64,000 nt of DNA. It comes from a virus. Lineage: Duplodnaviria; Caudoviricetes. A program made the position numbers and the translations under genes. The notes beneath the pieces were generated by a model. The model saw only the letters and a list, made by a program, of their open reading frames with translations, was not told where the DNA came from and did no database searches. Each line of letters opens with the position of its first letter. Position 1 is the stretch's first letter. The DNA lies in the IMG/VR virus record IMGVR_UViG_3300002220_003854, positions 23,967-87,966 of that record. One strand, given 5' to 3'. This document shows positions 27,547-37,623 of the stretch, one piece after another.

Positions 27547-29150
27547 TATAACACCTCAAATAGTTTGTTGAATGATTCTTCACTGTTGATGGTACCTAGT
27601 ACTACTGGATTAATATCTTCAATGATCTTTGTCATTTCATCGTCTGAATCTTCGTCTTCGGTTAGTGACTCTGATTCACCAAAGTGATCATTATAATGAG
27701 TCCTAGCATTAGTTAGTTTTTTGCCACTAAATCCTTGACTCCCTGACCTCATTTGATTCCACAGCGTCTCGTGTGATTCTATCAGAGTTAGACTGCTAAC
27801 TCTATCATTTAGGCTAAAGATTTCATCTATAATGTCACCGAATCGCACACGCTCAAAGTTCTCATTCATAATCATTTTGGGTACTATCCCCTGTTCATAT
27901 TTACGATTAGCTTCTTGCACAGCCGAAATGTGTTGATATACGTTATGTGCTTGAATTAATGTATAACTTAGGGTGTCCCAACTAGTCTTAGTCTCTTTGC
28001 CGTGCTGTCCCAAAAATCCATGCCCGCGATAACATAAATCACCCATCGTCATTAACTCTGTAATAGGGCTATCTGTGAATTGCTTATGGATACCGTCTGC
28101 TAATACTGCATCCCTAAATTTTCTAGTGTCGCCTGCATAACCTTTATCTTCTGCTGTTTTTTCCATACTGTATGCCCACTTTTTATTATGTTCAATACTA
28201 GTATTAAAGTACGCTAAGCCTTTCGCTGCGCTAAAGAATGGACTAGCACAGTCAAATGTTATTTGAAATTTCGGATTATGGTATTTACGTATGGCTTTTT
28301 GTACATCAGTGAAAAACAATGCATATTCCATTATGCTTACACCTAAGCAGTGTAACAAATCATGTTTGCCCGGAACTAGTAACCCATCATGCACGATATG
28401 AACTAATCGTCGTAACAGCAGACCAACATCAATTTTATTTTGACCGCCAAATGCCCAACCATTGAAGTGCGTCTCTGGGTATACCGTAGGATCACAATAT
28501 TTCTTCATTTCCTGATACCAAGAATCGCTTTCAGTGCGATTAGATCCCTGCATTACATTCAAAAACTTACATTTACCAGTTCGGTTTCTAATGAAATATT
28601 CATTGTTGATGTGAGTGGCTGTTATAGCTTCATTGATATCATGAATGCCATGTAACGGTATTGCTTTTTTATTCAAAAAAGATTGACTGGGAACGTCGAG
28701 ACACATTCCGTAATCCATGTAAGTGTCCATCCACTTTAGTACTTGCTTCCGTTTTTCTAGCGCTTTTGGACAATTGGGATCTTTCCAATCAGCTGGCCAC
28801 TGACCCTTAAGAATCTGAAACCCCCCACTGTCACCCAACATAAAGGTACCTTCTTCGCGGTCACGAATGATGCTTTCTTTTGGATCATCATCTGTTGGAT
28901 CAAGATTGGCATGCCCTGCACTATATAGTCCCCACTTATATGTATACAACCCTTCTTGGCTATTCAAGAAGTTTAGCTTCTCTACATCTCCGTTAAACTT
29001 CGCAGGGATTCTATTAAGGTCAAAATACTGTTCGCCCCCGCGCTGCTTACCTAATCCGGCAATAAAGAAACTAGACACTGCTGGCAAAAACAGTGCCCAA
29101 TCTTCTTTTTGCTTACTTGATAAATTAATTTGTTCCTGGTTTAAATTCAT
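27546..29150 (-). CDS. dpdA: DNA-guanine transglycosylase (TGT-like)
   Basis: GDSGGFQ, MCLDVP, NVMQG, GWAFGG, HCLGVS, ITFDCASPF; located with folE/queD/queE. Confidence 0.8.
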   Translation of the reverse strand: MNLNQEQINLSSKQKEDWALFLPAVSSFFIAGLGKQRGGEQYFDLNRIPAKFNGDVEKLNFLNSQEGLYTYKWGLYSAGHANLDPTDDDPKESIIRDREEGTFMLGDSGGFQILKGQWPADWKDPNCPKALEKRKQVLKWMDTYMDYGMCLDVPSQSFLNKKAIPLHGIHDINEAITATHINNEYFIRNRTGKCKFLNVMQGSNRTESDSWYQEMKKYCDPTVYPETHFNGWAFGGQNKIDVGLLLRRLVHIVHDGLLVPGKHDLLHCLGVSIMEYALFFTDVQKAIRKYHNPKFQITFDCASPFFSAAKGLAYFNTSIEHNKKWAYSMEKTAEDKGYAGDTRKFRDAVLADGIHKQFTDSPITELMTMGDLCYRGHGFLGQHGKETKTSWDTLSYTLIQAHNVYQHISAVQEANRKYEQGIVPKMIMNENFERVRFGDIIDEIFSLNDRVSSLTLIESHETLWNQMRSGSQGFSGKKLTNARTHYNDHFGESESLTEDEDSDDEMTKIIEDINPVVLGTINSEESFNKLFEVL

Positions 29151-29508
29151 TTTTTACCAATGTTTGCACTAGACGTATTTGTTCTTCTTTTTCTTTGATC
29201 TGATCCATAAGGATTTTTATAGTTGGATGAGTCTCAGAAAGAAGATTACGTTCTATTTCTTCTTGTCGTTTTTCACGAGCCCATTCAAGTAATACTACGG
29301 CTTCATTGTCTAGTTCTACCGTAGCATATGAAGAATTTAGGTTGACCCAGGTTATTCCATCGTAAACTTTCAGACATTGCTCATTCAAATCATACATTAC
29401 GCTACCACTTAAATGCGATCCGTGTGAGTAAGACTTAGTAATTGGGGAATTGAAAGCTAACCCGCCCTGAACAACGACAAATCTTCCAGCTGCTATACCC
29501 GTTATCAT
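29125..29508 (-). CDS. hypothetical protein
   Basis: 127 aa in operon. Confidence 0.65.
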   Translation of the reverse strand: MITGIAAGRFVVVQGGLAFNSPITKSYSHGSHLSGSVMYDLNEQCLKVYDGITWVNLNSSYATVELDNEAVVLLEWAREKRQEEIERNLLSETHPTIKILMDQIKEKEEQIRLVQTLVKNEFKPGTN

Positions 29509-30230
29509 TTTGCATGTGCTGGTAATAGGTATCGATAAACCGCGATCCCACTGTCTACTGAAATTTCTGCTACCCCTTGATCAGATATTTTTACGATCTT
29601 ATCACCTGGCAAATCTAGGATTGCGGTAAACACTTTTACTGGCCACATTAGACTTCTACTCAGCTTACCCTTTATACCTTGATGGAATACGAAGTTACCA
29701 TTATGTGTGCTAGGATCACCAAAATTAATCTTTAACTCAGTGTTATCTGTTTTCACAGAAAAGTGTTGTTCTTCGCTGTTTGCGGTAGCTTGCTTTTTCA
29801 GTCGAATAATACTTGCAACGCTGGGCTCAAACTCAATGTTCCAAGTGGCTCCCTTGAATTGAACATTCTTTACTTTTTCTTCGATTATAGACTTTGCCAT
29901 CAACCGATAGTCATTTACGAAATCTTTGTTTTTAGTTTCAAAATGAATAAACCTAGGGGTCTGATCTTGTGCGTCTCGCATTAATGTTACATTACTTTCG
30001 TTATTGTACTCATCAAATCCAAGAATGGTTTTTAACTTAGGAAGATTTGGCATACCAAATGTTCCGATAAAATCAGCAGATGGGTTTTTAAATGTCCCCA
30101 TAACAATAACTGATTTGTCTTCTGCTATAGCATTTATGCTCGTTTCTTTATCAGTTCCTGATATTTTGATCAGGTCAATGACACCCAATCCATGCGTGTG
30201 CGCAATCAAATCGTTTAAATAATCTTTCAT
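29505..30230 (-). CDS. probable sliding clamp (gp45/PCNA-like)
   Basis: 241 aa, alternating beta/alpha pattern, directly downstream of PolB. Confidence 0.55.
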   Translation of the reverse strand: MKDYLNDLIAHTHGLGVIDLIKISGTDKETSINAIAEDKSVIVMGTFKNPSADFIGTFGMPNLPKLKTILGFDEYNNESNVTLMRDAQDQTPRFIHFETKNKDFVNDYRLMAKSIIEEKVKNVQFKGATWNIEFEPSVASIIRLKKQATANSEEQHFSVKTDNTELKINFGDPSTHNGNFVFHQGIKGKLSRSLMWPVKVFTAILDLPGDKIVKISDQGVAEISVDSGIAVYRYLLPAHAK

Positions 30231-30309
30231 TTTTTTCCTTTATATTATATTTAGGAGTTAGTATATGTTGTGTACTATATACAAATCCTTGACGAAAAGC
30301 AATAGCAAC

Positions 30310-33021
30310 TTAGCCGAACGTAAACAACTCGTCTATAGTAGTATTGGTGATTGTGTTCTGTCGAAGATCCCAATTCAACACCCCTAGCAAGTTCTCTATC
30401 TTTTCATCAATTAAAATTTTCTCCATTTCAGCATCGTCAAACGGCAATTCCTTGAACCAAGACGGCAACCGTAGTTCGTCTGTTGGATATGCGATACTAG
30501 TGAACCCTAAGGGGTTAGATCGTAACTTACACACTACAATCTTCATGCCATCAACTATTTTCATAGAGTAGTTATCACTATTAACTTTCCTCAAATAATT
30601 ATAATTTAGCGCAGCACGTACATGACCGGGCATATTAGCCTTTCCAGTCTGACTCTTTAGTTCTTTTTCACCATAACTGGTTAGATTATTAACTGACTTA
30701 GGTGAACCCTTAGTCCAAGAATCTTGCTCAGTTAGAACTCGTTTAAATTCCTTGATCTGTTCGATGATATCTTCTCTGGTGTTTCCAGCTAATACTCTTT
30801 CTAGGATATTCATCAAAAAGTCTTGTACTTGTTTGGGAGTGTCTGCGCGCTTTAGGTCTAGACCCATTGCTTTGATTTTACCTTGTTTGCCATCAACGTC
30901 TAATCTTTTACCCTCTTTATCAAAGATATTGATTGCATAACGCTTGCGCACAATAAAGATTGCTCTGTCACCAATTAATTCTCTACCTGCTTTAATGATG
31001 GATCCGTTTTTTCTAGGAGCATGAAATGCGCGTTCCATAAAAGCAGGAAAGCTAGCATTTGCTTGCTCTGCAATAGTATCGTAAATTTGCACGCAAATTT
31101 CTTTATTCCAATCTAGGTCGCCAGCTTTTATTTGTTCCTGTAAAGCAGGATATGCGGTAAAATAACAACTATCAGTATCTGAGTAAATCACTGCCGGTCC
31201 TTCATGATTATAATCACCGGTGATAATCTCATTGATTTGGCTATTCATGTGTTTAACAATTTGCCTACCTGACAACGTTACTGATTGACCGATACGCTTG
31301 TCATAAAATCTACAATGTTCGTTTAACAATGCACCGTATGCAGAATTAAGCAAAATTTTTCGCACTAATTGTCGCTTATCCCAGTACTCTTTATCAGCAT
31401 CGGTTTTCGCTTCTCTTAGATTCTGTTGCATTACTTTACGACCAGAATACCACTTAGATAATAGTCCTGGAATTACTCCTTCTTGCTCATACGTAAAGAT
31501 GGTGCCGTTTGCACTCAGCATCCATGGCTTATGGCTATCAAAGATCAATTTCCAGATTTCTGCCGCGGACATTTCTACGCTACGACCATCTTCATAGTCT
31601 ATAGTTAGAATTGTACCGCGCTCTTGATTTATAATAGCAGTGTATTCTAAACTACCGAATAACCCGGCCCATAGAATACTACCAGTTACTTCGTCCGAAA
31701 CATCTTTACGCCTTTTCTTTTCACTTGCAAGTTTTCTACCCTTGTCATGCATGTATTGATTTGTTAGGGTTTGTCTGACTTGCCCGACAATGGTTTCTGG
31801 GGCCATGTTAAGAGCGCGGATAGCTGACGGGTATAGACTGTTGATGTCAACTGCCCCGACGTACTCGTGGATGCCCCTTTTGGGAGTAGCAACATAGGCA
31901 CCTGCCGCTTGCTGTTCGTCATTCTTCACTTCCTTTCGTTTTTTATCCGGAACTATTAAACCTCGCTCATGTGCTTCGTTCATAATTGCCATTTCAATCA
32001 TGGCAACTGAACCCATTACTGTAGGCAGTAATACTGTATTTTCATGCGCGAGAGCATTTGCAAGATCCAAAAACTTTAACTTGTTGTGGATCTTGACTAA
32101 GAGCATGGTATCTTGTCTATTATAGACAACAAACTTCATAAAGTCTTTGTTGTAAAGTTGGTCTAGTGTACCTTCATATTGAGTTTTATTTTCCCCCACT
32201 TCCATTTCACCAATAGAGTCTAGTTTATACGAATGCCTAGATTCATAGTTATACTTTTTATAAAGTTGCAAATAGTCCATATGAACTCTACCTACTAGAT
32301 CGTAAGTAGTTTCTTCTTTACCGAAACGTTCGTATGTTCTAGCCTTTGGTAATTGTCCAAGCAAACAAAACTTACGAGTATCATCCTTACTCATTATTCT
32401 AGTGACACGGTTAACCATATATGGTATATCGTATCCTTCAGAGTTCCAACCAGTCAATACATCTGCATCCTCAATAAGTTGAAAAAATGTCTCAAGCATT
32501 GCCACTTCATCACGAAACAATATAGTGTTTGGCAATTCTTTGATAAGATCATTTGCAGTTTCGTCTGTCATTCCATGTGGAGGAATTACTAAGGTAACCA
32601 GTTGATCTAGCCAATCTAGGTATAAACTAATCGCTGTAATTTTATTGAATGGGTCACTGGTCGGGCTAAATCCTTTTTCAGGGTTAAAATCAACTTCGAT
32701 GTCAAGGAAGCATGTATGTAGTTTTGGGGAGTCAACACCTAAGTAATTCTCACTTAAGCACCTGAATATAGGATTCACATCACTCTCAAACAACTTCTTA
32801 GATGAGTGAATCCTTTTCTCTTTTTCGAACTCGCTACGCTTACGTGTACTAAACCTAGATACGGTATCTCCGTAAATACTACGATATTTGCCTTTCGGGT
32901 CAGAGTAATACAAAGTATAGTTAGCTGGATATTCTTTATATGTTCGCTTGCCGTCAGGCGTTCTTTCTACGACATAGATACGGTCGCTGTCTTTATCTAA
33001 TACTGCATCAATATAACTCAA
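30310..33021 (-). CDS. polB: family B DNA polymerase
   Basis: DIEVD exonuclease, WNSEGYDIPY, DINSLYPS, KILLNSAYG, YSDTDS, KRY. Confidence 0.97.
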   Translation of the reverse strand: MSYIDAVLDKDSDRIYVVERTPDGKRTYKEYPANYTLYYSDPKGKYRSIYGDTVSRFSTRKRSEFEKEKRIHSSKKLFESDVNPIFRCLSENYLGVDSPKLHTCFLDIEVDFNPEKGFSPTSDPFNKITAISLYLDWLDQLVTLVIPPHGMTDETANDLIKELPNTILFRDEVAMLETFFQLIEDADVLTGWNSEGYDIPYMVNRVTRIMSKDDTRKFCLLGQLPKARTYERFGKEETTYDLVGRVHMDYLQLYKKYNYESRHSYKLDSIGEMEVGENKTQYEGTLDQLYNKDFMKFVVYNRQDTMLLVKIHNKLKFLDLANALAHENTVLLPTVMGSVAMIEMAIMNEAHERGLIVPDKKRKEVKNDEQQAAGAYVATPKRGIHEYVGAVDINSLYPSAIRALNMAPETIVGQVRQTLTNQYMHDKGRKLASEKKRRKDVSDEVTGSILWAGLFGSLEYTAIINQERGTILTIDYEDGRSVEMSAAEIWKLIFDSHKPWMLSANGTIFTYEQEGVIPGLLSKWYSGRKVMQQNLREAKTDADKEYWDKRQLVRKILLNSAYGALLNEHCRFYDKRIGQSVTLSGRQIVKHMNSQINEIITGDYNHEGPAVIYSDTDSCYFTAYPALQEQIKAGDLDWNKEICVQIYDTIAEQANASFPAFMERAFHAPRKNGSIIKAGRELIGDRAIFIVRKRYAINIFDKEGKRLDVDGKQGKIKAMGLDLKRADTPKQVQDFLMNILERVLAGNTREDIIEQIKEFKRVLTEQDSWTKGSPKSVNNLTSYGEKELKSQTGKANMPGHVRAALNYNYLRKVNSDNYSMKIVDGMKIVVCKLRSNPLGFTSIAYPTDELRLPSWFKELPFDDAEMEKILIDEKIENLLGVLNWDLRQNTITNTTIDELFTFG

Positions 33022-33304
33022 TTAACATCCTTGTTAGTCCAATACTATCAATTACAATCAATAACAGATAGTTAGCAATCATGCCGAAGCTTCTTCTAGA
33101 GTACGCAGCCCAAGCATATAGCATACATCCTGCAATCCACACAGGATATATCATTAGAAGGGGTGGTTTAGGCACTGTAAATGCCATAGTCAAAGCACAG
33201 CCAATACTAATGAGCCAAGCTAAGATTTCTACACCGAATCTATATGGATGGCTTTTCCAGTCTTCACGAATCCAACTGAATATGCCAATCAAATGACGGT
33301 TCAA
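33008..33304 (-). CDS. small membrane protein
   Basis: Three hydrophobic segments. Confidence 0.7.
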   Translation of the reverse strand: MNRHLIGIFSWIREDWKSHPYRFGVEILAWLISIGCALTMAFTVPKPPLLMIYPVWIAGCMLYAWAAYSRRSFGMIANYLLLIVIDSIGLTRMLIELY

Positions 33305-33564
33305 AGAGTTTTTCCCACAGCCTCAAGAATCTCGTTAAGTTCCTCGTGGTCTTTATTTGATTGGGTCAACGTTGCTTTATGGGCCACCCTAATTGCTTTT
33401 TTAAGAATACTAGGTTTGATTTCTAGTTCTTCTGCTACAGCTTTGATGGTATCACTAAGACCTTCTTGCAATGTATCAATTTCATGCATGGTAGCCATGC
33501 CCTCATTGACCAAAGTCTTTAGCTTGATTTTAGCGTCACCGGAAAGATTACTTACACTTGTCAT
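33301..33564 (-). CDS. DsbA/GapR-like dsDNA-binding protein
   Basis: EIDTLQEGLSDTIKAVAEELEIKPSILKKAIRVAHK. Confidence 0.65.
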   Translation of the reverse strand: MTSVSNLSGDAKIKLKTLVNEGMATMHEIDTLQEGLSDTIKAVAEELEIKPSILKKAIRVAHKATLTQSNKDHEELNEILEAVGKTL

Positions 33565-33595
33565 TATTTCTCCTTAAAGTATTAATATATATGAA

Positions 33596-34186
33596 TCAGA
33601 TTTGTTTTTCAACAATTTTTTTAACCGTTAAGTGAATCCCAGGATTCACCTTCACCACATGCGGCATCATTTCATGCCTGATATAATTTCGAGTATATTT
33701 GGTATCATCGTTGCTTAGATCGTGGCACCATTCAATGTTTTTTCTGGTACACCAGTTAACGAACTCTTGCTTCCTAGTTGTCAAAAACGGGCGAATAATA
33801 TCTTTATTACGCAAAGGAATTACCTTGGGAGTTCCGTGCATACACCCCCATAGATATGTTTCAACGCAATCATCCAAATGATGACAGGTTACAACTGTTC
33901 CTAACTTATACAGAAAGTTATACCGTTCTTTTCGCCAAAATTCTTCCTGTGATTCGGCTTTGTCCTTGCTTCGCAAGGTCGTTCCCCATAGCATGGGTAA
34001 ATGTCGTTCGTTGCAGAATTTAGCAACGAATTCCATTGCCCTGTCGCTGTTTTCGGTTCCATGATGGAAGAACGCACACGTTACGTCGTGTTTTCTGCTT
34101 AAAAAATCTACCACCGCGACACTATCCACGCCCCCACTAAAGGCGACTGTGATTTGTTTGGGTAAAGGTAATAGCAACTTTAACAT
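33596..34186 (-). CDS. tilS: tRNA(Ile)-lysidine synthetase, short form
   Basis: AFSGGVDS PP-loop, HHLDDCVET, IRPFL, DLSN..YTRNYIRH; TTGACA-17-TATCAT upstream. Confidence 0.88.
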   Translation of the reverse strand: MLKLLLPLPKQITVAFSGGVDSVAVVDFLSRKHDVTCAFFHHGTENSDRAMEFVAKFCNERHLPMLWGTTLRSKDKAESQEEFWRKERYNFLYKLGTVVTCHHLDDCVETYLWGCMHGTPKVIPLRNKDIIRPFLTTRKQEFVNWCTRKNIEWCHDLSNDDTKYTRNYIRHEMMPHVVKVNPGIHLTVKKIVEKQI

Positions 34187-34230
34187 AAGATGCATGATAC
34201 ATGATCTTACATTATTTGTCAATGATTAAA

Positions 34231-34611
34231 TCAATTAATGGTAAACTCTTTGTCCGGAGTATAAAAGTTTGGTTTACGCATGATAGTTTTAGCAACCAAT
34301 TCTTTGTGATTGGCTCTATCTTTGATGACGAACGGCAAGTTAATCTTAGTCAATAAATCTTTCATCACGGCCTCTGGATCATCCATAGATGCAATCTTTT
34401 TACCGTTACGCTCATATTCTTTTTTGAATAACCGAATTAGTTCTGCCGCTGTTATAGGCTTGCCGTTTCTTTCGTCATTTACTCTTTCTAAGAAATGTTT
34501 AGAGAAGTTAACATCGACTCCCAATGATTTCCATAAGCTATCAGCGAACCTTTCCACTTGGGCTAGTTCACTAAAGGATATTTCTTCTTTCATAAATTCT
34601 TTTGCTCTCAT
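34231..34611 (-). CDS. leader-bearing small protein
   Basis: MRAKEFMKEE; FSKHFLERVNDERN. Confidence 0.75.
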   Translation of the reverse strand: MRAKEFMKEEISFSELAQVERFADSLWKSLGVDVNFSKHFLERVNDERNGKPITAAELIRLFKKEYERNGKKIASMDDPEAVMKDLLTKINLPFVIKDRANHKELVAKTIMRKPNFYTPDKEFTIN

Positions 34612-35738
34612 TGGAATATGTTCCTATTCTGTTTGCCGTATATTTTTATAAGTTTTCCAGCTACCATGTCAGCTAATAATTCTATTGGACTGCCTGGATA
34701 ACTACTACCGGGTTTTATCATATCTAATTCACCCTGCCTAACATGAGTTAATTCATGTGCTACAGTTCGTAGTATATCGACTAAATTTCTATTTTTAGCA
34801 TAAACCCAAATTTTGTCATCACCCACTGTATGCCCGCCAGTATGATGATTTGTTCTCGCTTCGACAGTGTCCATACTCAATACCACTTTGGGTTGTGTCT
34901 GTAAGTTTAGCTTAGAAGATGCCCAATTCGTAAATTTCTCTACTTCTTTTTGTAAATTAGAGTGGGTTGTATTTTCTTTTAACAACTTTGTCCCCACATT
35001 GAAATTATCGGGCTTGATTAATGCAATATACGATAGCGTTTTCTCTAACTCATTGCTGTTATTAAACATCAAGGTGTTTATCAAATCGTTACCTAGCTCA
35101 GTTGTACTAAACTCATACTTATCCGGGAACACAGTTCCGTCATCAAATTCAATTTGCTTAACGCCGGCGTCGTCGTGAACAACGTTTACTATAGTTTTTG
35201 GATTTTTAAATCCCCTGCAAATCACTGTACGAGAATAAATGTCTGCAATAATTTGCAATATACAGATCGATGAACCAACTTTGATATTGGCGACATTAGA
35301 ATTTGATATTTTTTTAAGTTGGGAATAAAAAGAAGTTAATTCGTCATTAACATCTTCATTCAGAGTATCTAATAGGTTGTTAGTCCATTCAGTGACTACA
35401 TTTATTTTAGGAGTTCCATAATACTCTCTAGTTAGTCGAGAATAAAATTCTCTGATTTCAGAAATATTGTTGTCCTTGCCTGTTCTTTTTAGTCGAGGTT
35501 TTTTTATGTCATTAGAAGTAAATGAGGTTTCATCTAGTTTATTCTTTATCCAGTGATCTGGTGTGTTTTTGTACTTTTTAACAAACAAGTCATGCAATGC
35601 TTTACCGGTGATATCATGTTTAGCTGCTATTTTTTGCATCAACCGGTCAATAGTATTGTAGTCATGTTTTTTCAGACTAGGTAATTTTGTTGCTAATTCA
35701 CTAGCAGCAGATTCTAAAATAAATTCAGTTGACTTCAT
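34608..35738 (-). CDS. leader-bearing multidomain protein with C-terminal HExxH motif
   Basis: MKSTEFILES; LRTVAHELTHVRQ; ATAAATA just upstream. Confidence 0.75.
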   Translation of the reverse strand: MKSTEFILESAASELATKLPSLKKHDYNTIDRLMQKIAAKHDITGKALHDLFVKKYKNTPDHWIKNKLDETSFTSNDIKKPRLKRTGKDNNISEIREFYSRLTREYYGTPKINVVTEWTNNLLDTLNEDVNDELTSFYSQLKKISNSNVANIKVGSSICILQIIADIYSRTVICRGFKNPKTIVNVVHDDAGVKQIEFDDGTVFPDKYEFSTTELGNDLINTLMFNNSNELEKTLSYIALIKPDNFNVGTKLLKENTTHSNLQKEVEKFTNWASSKLNLQTQPKVVLSMDTVEARTNHHTGGHTVGDDKIWVYAKNRNLVDILRTVAHELTHVRQGELDMIKPGSSYPGSPIELLADMVAGKLIKIYGKQNRNIFQ

Positions 35739-35767
35739 AGTTATATTTATCACCAGTGCTTATGTTT

Positions 35768-36199
35768 TCAGCACCAAGACTTTTTTGCTTCGCCGAAGTA
35801 AGGTCTAGCTAATCCACGTTGAATTAATAATCCACGTAAGCTTTTTCCGTCTAATATAACGTCACCCAATACTCTTCCGCCGTATTTGTCCCATCCCATA
35901 AGCATTATCTGACGATGCTGTGCGCTTGCAATCATTTGAGTTGTAAATTGCGTAGCTTGTTTTCCCTTTTCTGCTTCTAATGCACATTTAGCTTTGGCTC
36001 CTTTTTCAGGGGTATCCACTCCGTAGATTCTAAGTGCTAGTTCTGATTTCAACGGAGAAGGTAAAAATTCAGCTTTAAATGCTACTGTATCACCGTCTAT
36101 TACTCTAGTGATAGGATAGTTGTATAATACACCTGACGGATCCGCGAACACAGATGTAGATAGAAATAGCAAAAAGATAATTAGTTTTTTCATAATCAT
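35768..36199 (-). CDS. thermonuclease (SNase-like) with signal peptide
   Basis: RVIDGDT, LRIYGVDTPE, DKYGGRVLG. Confidence 0.9.
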   Translation of the reverse strand: MIMKKLIIFLLFLSTSVFADPSGVLYNYPITRVIDGDTVAFKAEFLPSPLKSELALRIYGVDTPEKGAKAKCALEAEKGKQATQFTTQMIASAQHRQIMLMGWDKYGGRVLGDVILDGKSLRGLLIQRGLARPYFGEAKKSWC

Positions 36200-36209
36200 G
36201 ACAATAAAA

Positions 36210-36283
36210 GGCTCACTTTAGAGGTTAGAGTAGCGAGTTCTTCCCTCAAGCCAGCAGCCGGCTATTCGGTCCTAAGCGAATTC
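36210..36283 (-). ncRNA. candidate structured RNA in the nuclease 5' leader
   Basis: Closing stem TTCGCTTAG/CTAAAGTGAG enclosing hairpin AGCC-GGCTGCT-GGCT; GC-rich island downstream of ATAAATA. Confidence 0.45.
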
Positions 36284-36301
36284 ATCCAATGATTATATTT
36301 A

Positions 36302-36721
36302 TCAACTGATTTTTACTTTCTGCAATACATTACTAATTAATGTAAACTGGTTAGCTAACTTTTTATAGAACAGTTCAGGTGGTCTGCTAGTCCAAGCCCT
36401 ATGCTCTAACGCTATTTTTCCCATATCGATATAGTAGTTTTTACTTGGCCAACGACGACTATTCAATGCTAAGCCGTCGATCAATAAACATTCTTCTGCT
36501 ATTTCTTGAAAATGCTGTTTTCTAATTTCACCTGATTTGTTTGTAGCTGCTAGCATTCTAATTGCTATAGTATCGGCTGGAATGTTTGGATTTTCCATAT
36601 ATTTGGCAAACGTATGGACCACGAATGCTTCTACTTCATGTTCTAAATTTATGCTAGCTTTACACTCTGCTTCAAGTATTACCTCGTAACTATATTTCAC
36701 ATAGGTTAAAAAATGTTTCAT
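36302..36721 (-). CDS. hypothetical protein
   Basis: 139 aa ORF. Confidence 0.7.
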   Translation of the reverse strand: MKHFLTYVKYSYEVILEAECKASINLEHEVEAFVVHTFAKYMENPNIPADTIAIRMLAATNKSGEIRKQHFQEIAEECLLIDGLALNSRRWPSKNYYIDMGKIALEHRAWTSRPPELFYKKLANQFTLISNVLQKVKIS

Positions 36722-36750
36722 AGACTTAGCAATCAGTAGAGAGTGGCATC

Positions 36751-37623
36751 TTACATTAAGAATATCTGGCCAACACTGCTAGCCAATACATCATCGAACA
36801 TCAATTCCATGTCTCTGGCAAGCATCTCACTGGCATTATTGCGTTCACTTTCGTCTCTGAATTCAGGTTTGATATTCATGTATTTTGTGGGAGTGCCCCA
36901 TGCTTTACGTCCATAACCTAAATTAGTAGGTAATGAGTTAAATGTAACTTTGCCAGTACCTAAATATTGTGCAAATATTTCATATAAGAATTCATATGGT
37001 CTTTTTATATCGTTGCTGCGGCTACTACGTTGTGTACCGATAGCATTGAATAATGCATTATACTCTGGTGTTAGGTCAAATTGCATTGATCCCTGTGATT
37101 GAAAACCGCCCCGTCTTTGTGATATTTTACCGTAAAATTCTGCTAGAGTATTATTTACTGCATTGAAGAAATGTTTTTCGGCTTCAGTCCAGGCATGCCA
37201 CTTTGCGTTTTTTCTCGCGCCTGCTTGTATGGCATGCCCAAATCTATGCGCCATCATCCAGGGCGTTAGCATTACTTTTCTATCGCCCTGGTTTCCTACA
37301 TATACTACAGTAATAGCATCTTCACTTCCGTTAACTATTTCTGATGCTTGATCTCCGAATATTTTTGTAACCTGATCCGGGGTCATTGGTCCATATTCAC
37401 TATATTTACCGGTGCCGGGAACATTGCTGAAGAACAAGCGAAAATCATAAGGAGTTTGTTCAAAAAACTTAGTAGCCTTTTCTATATTTTTAGGATGCGG
37501 TACTAACTTTTTATCAGGGCCACGAAATGGACCAGGTTTGGTAAAGTCGCCAAACGTCTTATAAGTCGATAACGCCATTTCATCGACATTACTCATCTCT
37601 TTTATAAATTCAGTTGATTTCAT
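36751..37623 (-). CDS. leader-bearing protein with HxxxH metal-binding motif
   Basis: MKSTEFIKEM; TPWMMAHRFGHAI; EFLYEIFAQY. Confidence 0.7.
   Translation of the reverse strand: MKSTEFIKEMSNVDEMALSTYKTFGDFTKPGPFRGPDKKLVPHPKNIEKATKFFEQTPYDFRLFFSNVPGTGKYSEYGPMTPDQVTKIFGDQASEIVNGSEDAITVVYVGNQGDRKVMLTPWMMAHRFGHAIQAGARKNAKWHAWTEAEKHFFNAVNNTLAEFYGKISQRRGGFQSQGSMQFDLTPEYNALFNAIGTQRSSRSNDIKRPYEFLYEIFAQYLGTGKVTFNSLPTNLGYGRKAWGTPTKYMNIKPEFRDESERNNASEMLARDMELMFDDVLASSVGQIFLM

Noticed and set aside
33596-34186. PP-loop protein as the missing QueC
   Set aside because: It has TilS motifs (HHLDD, RP, SN..YTRN.IR) and lacks the QueC Cys zinc motif
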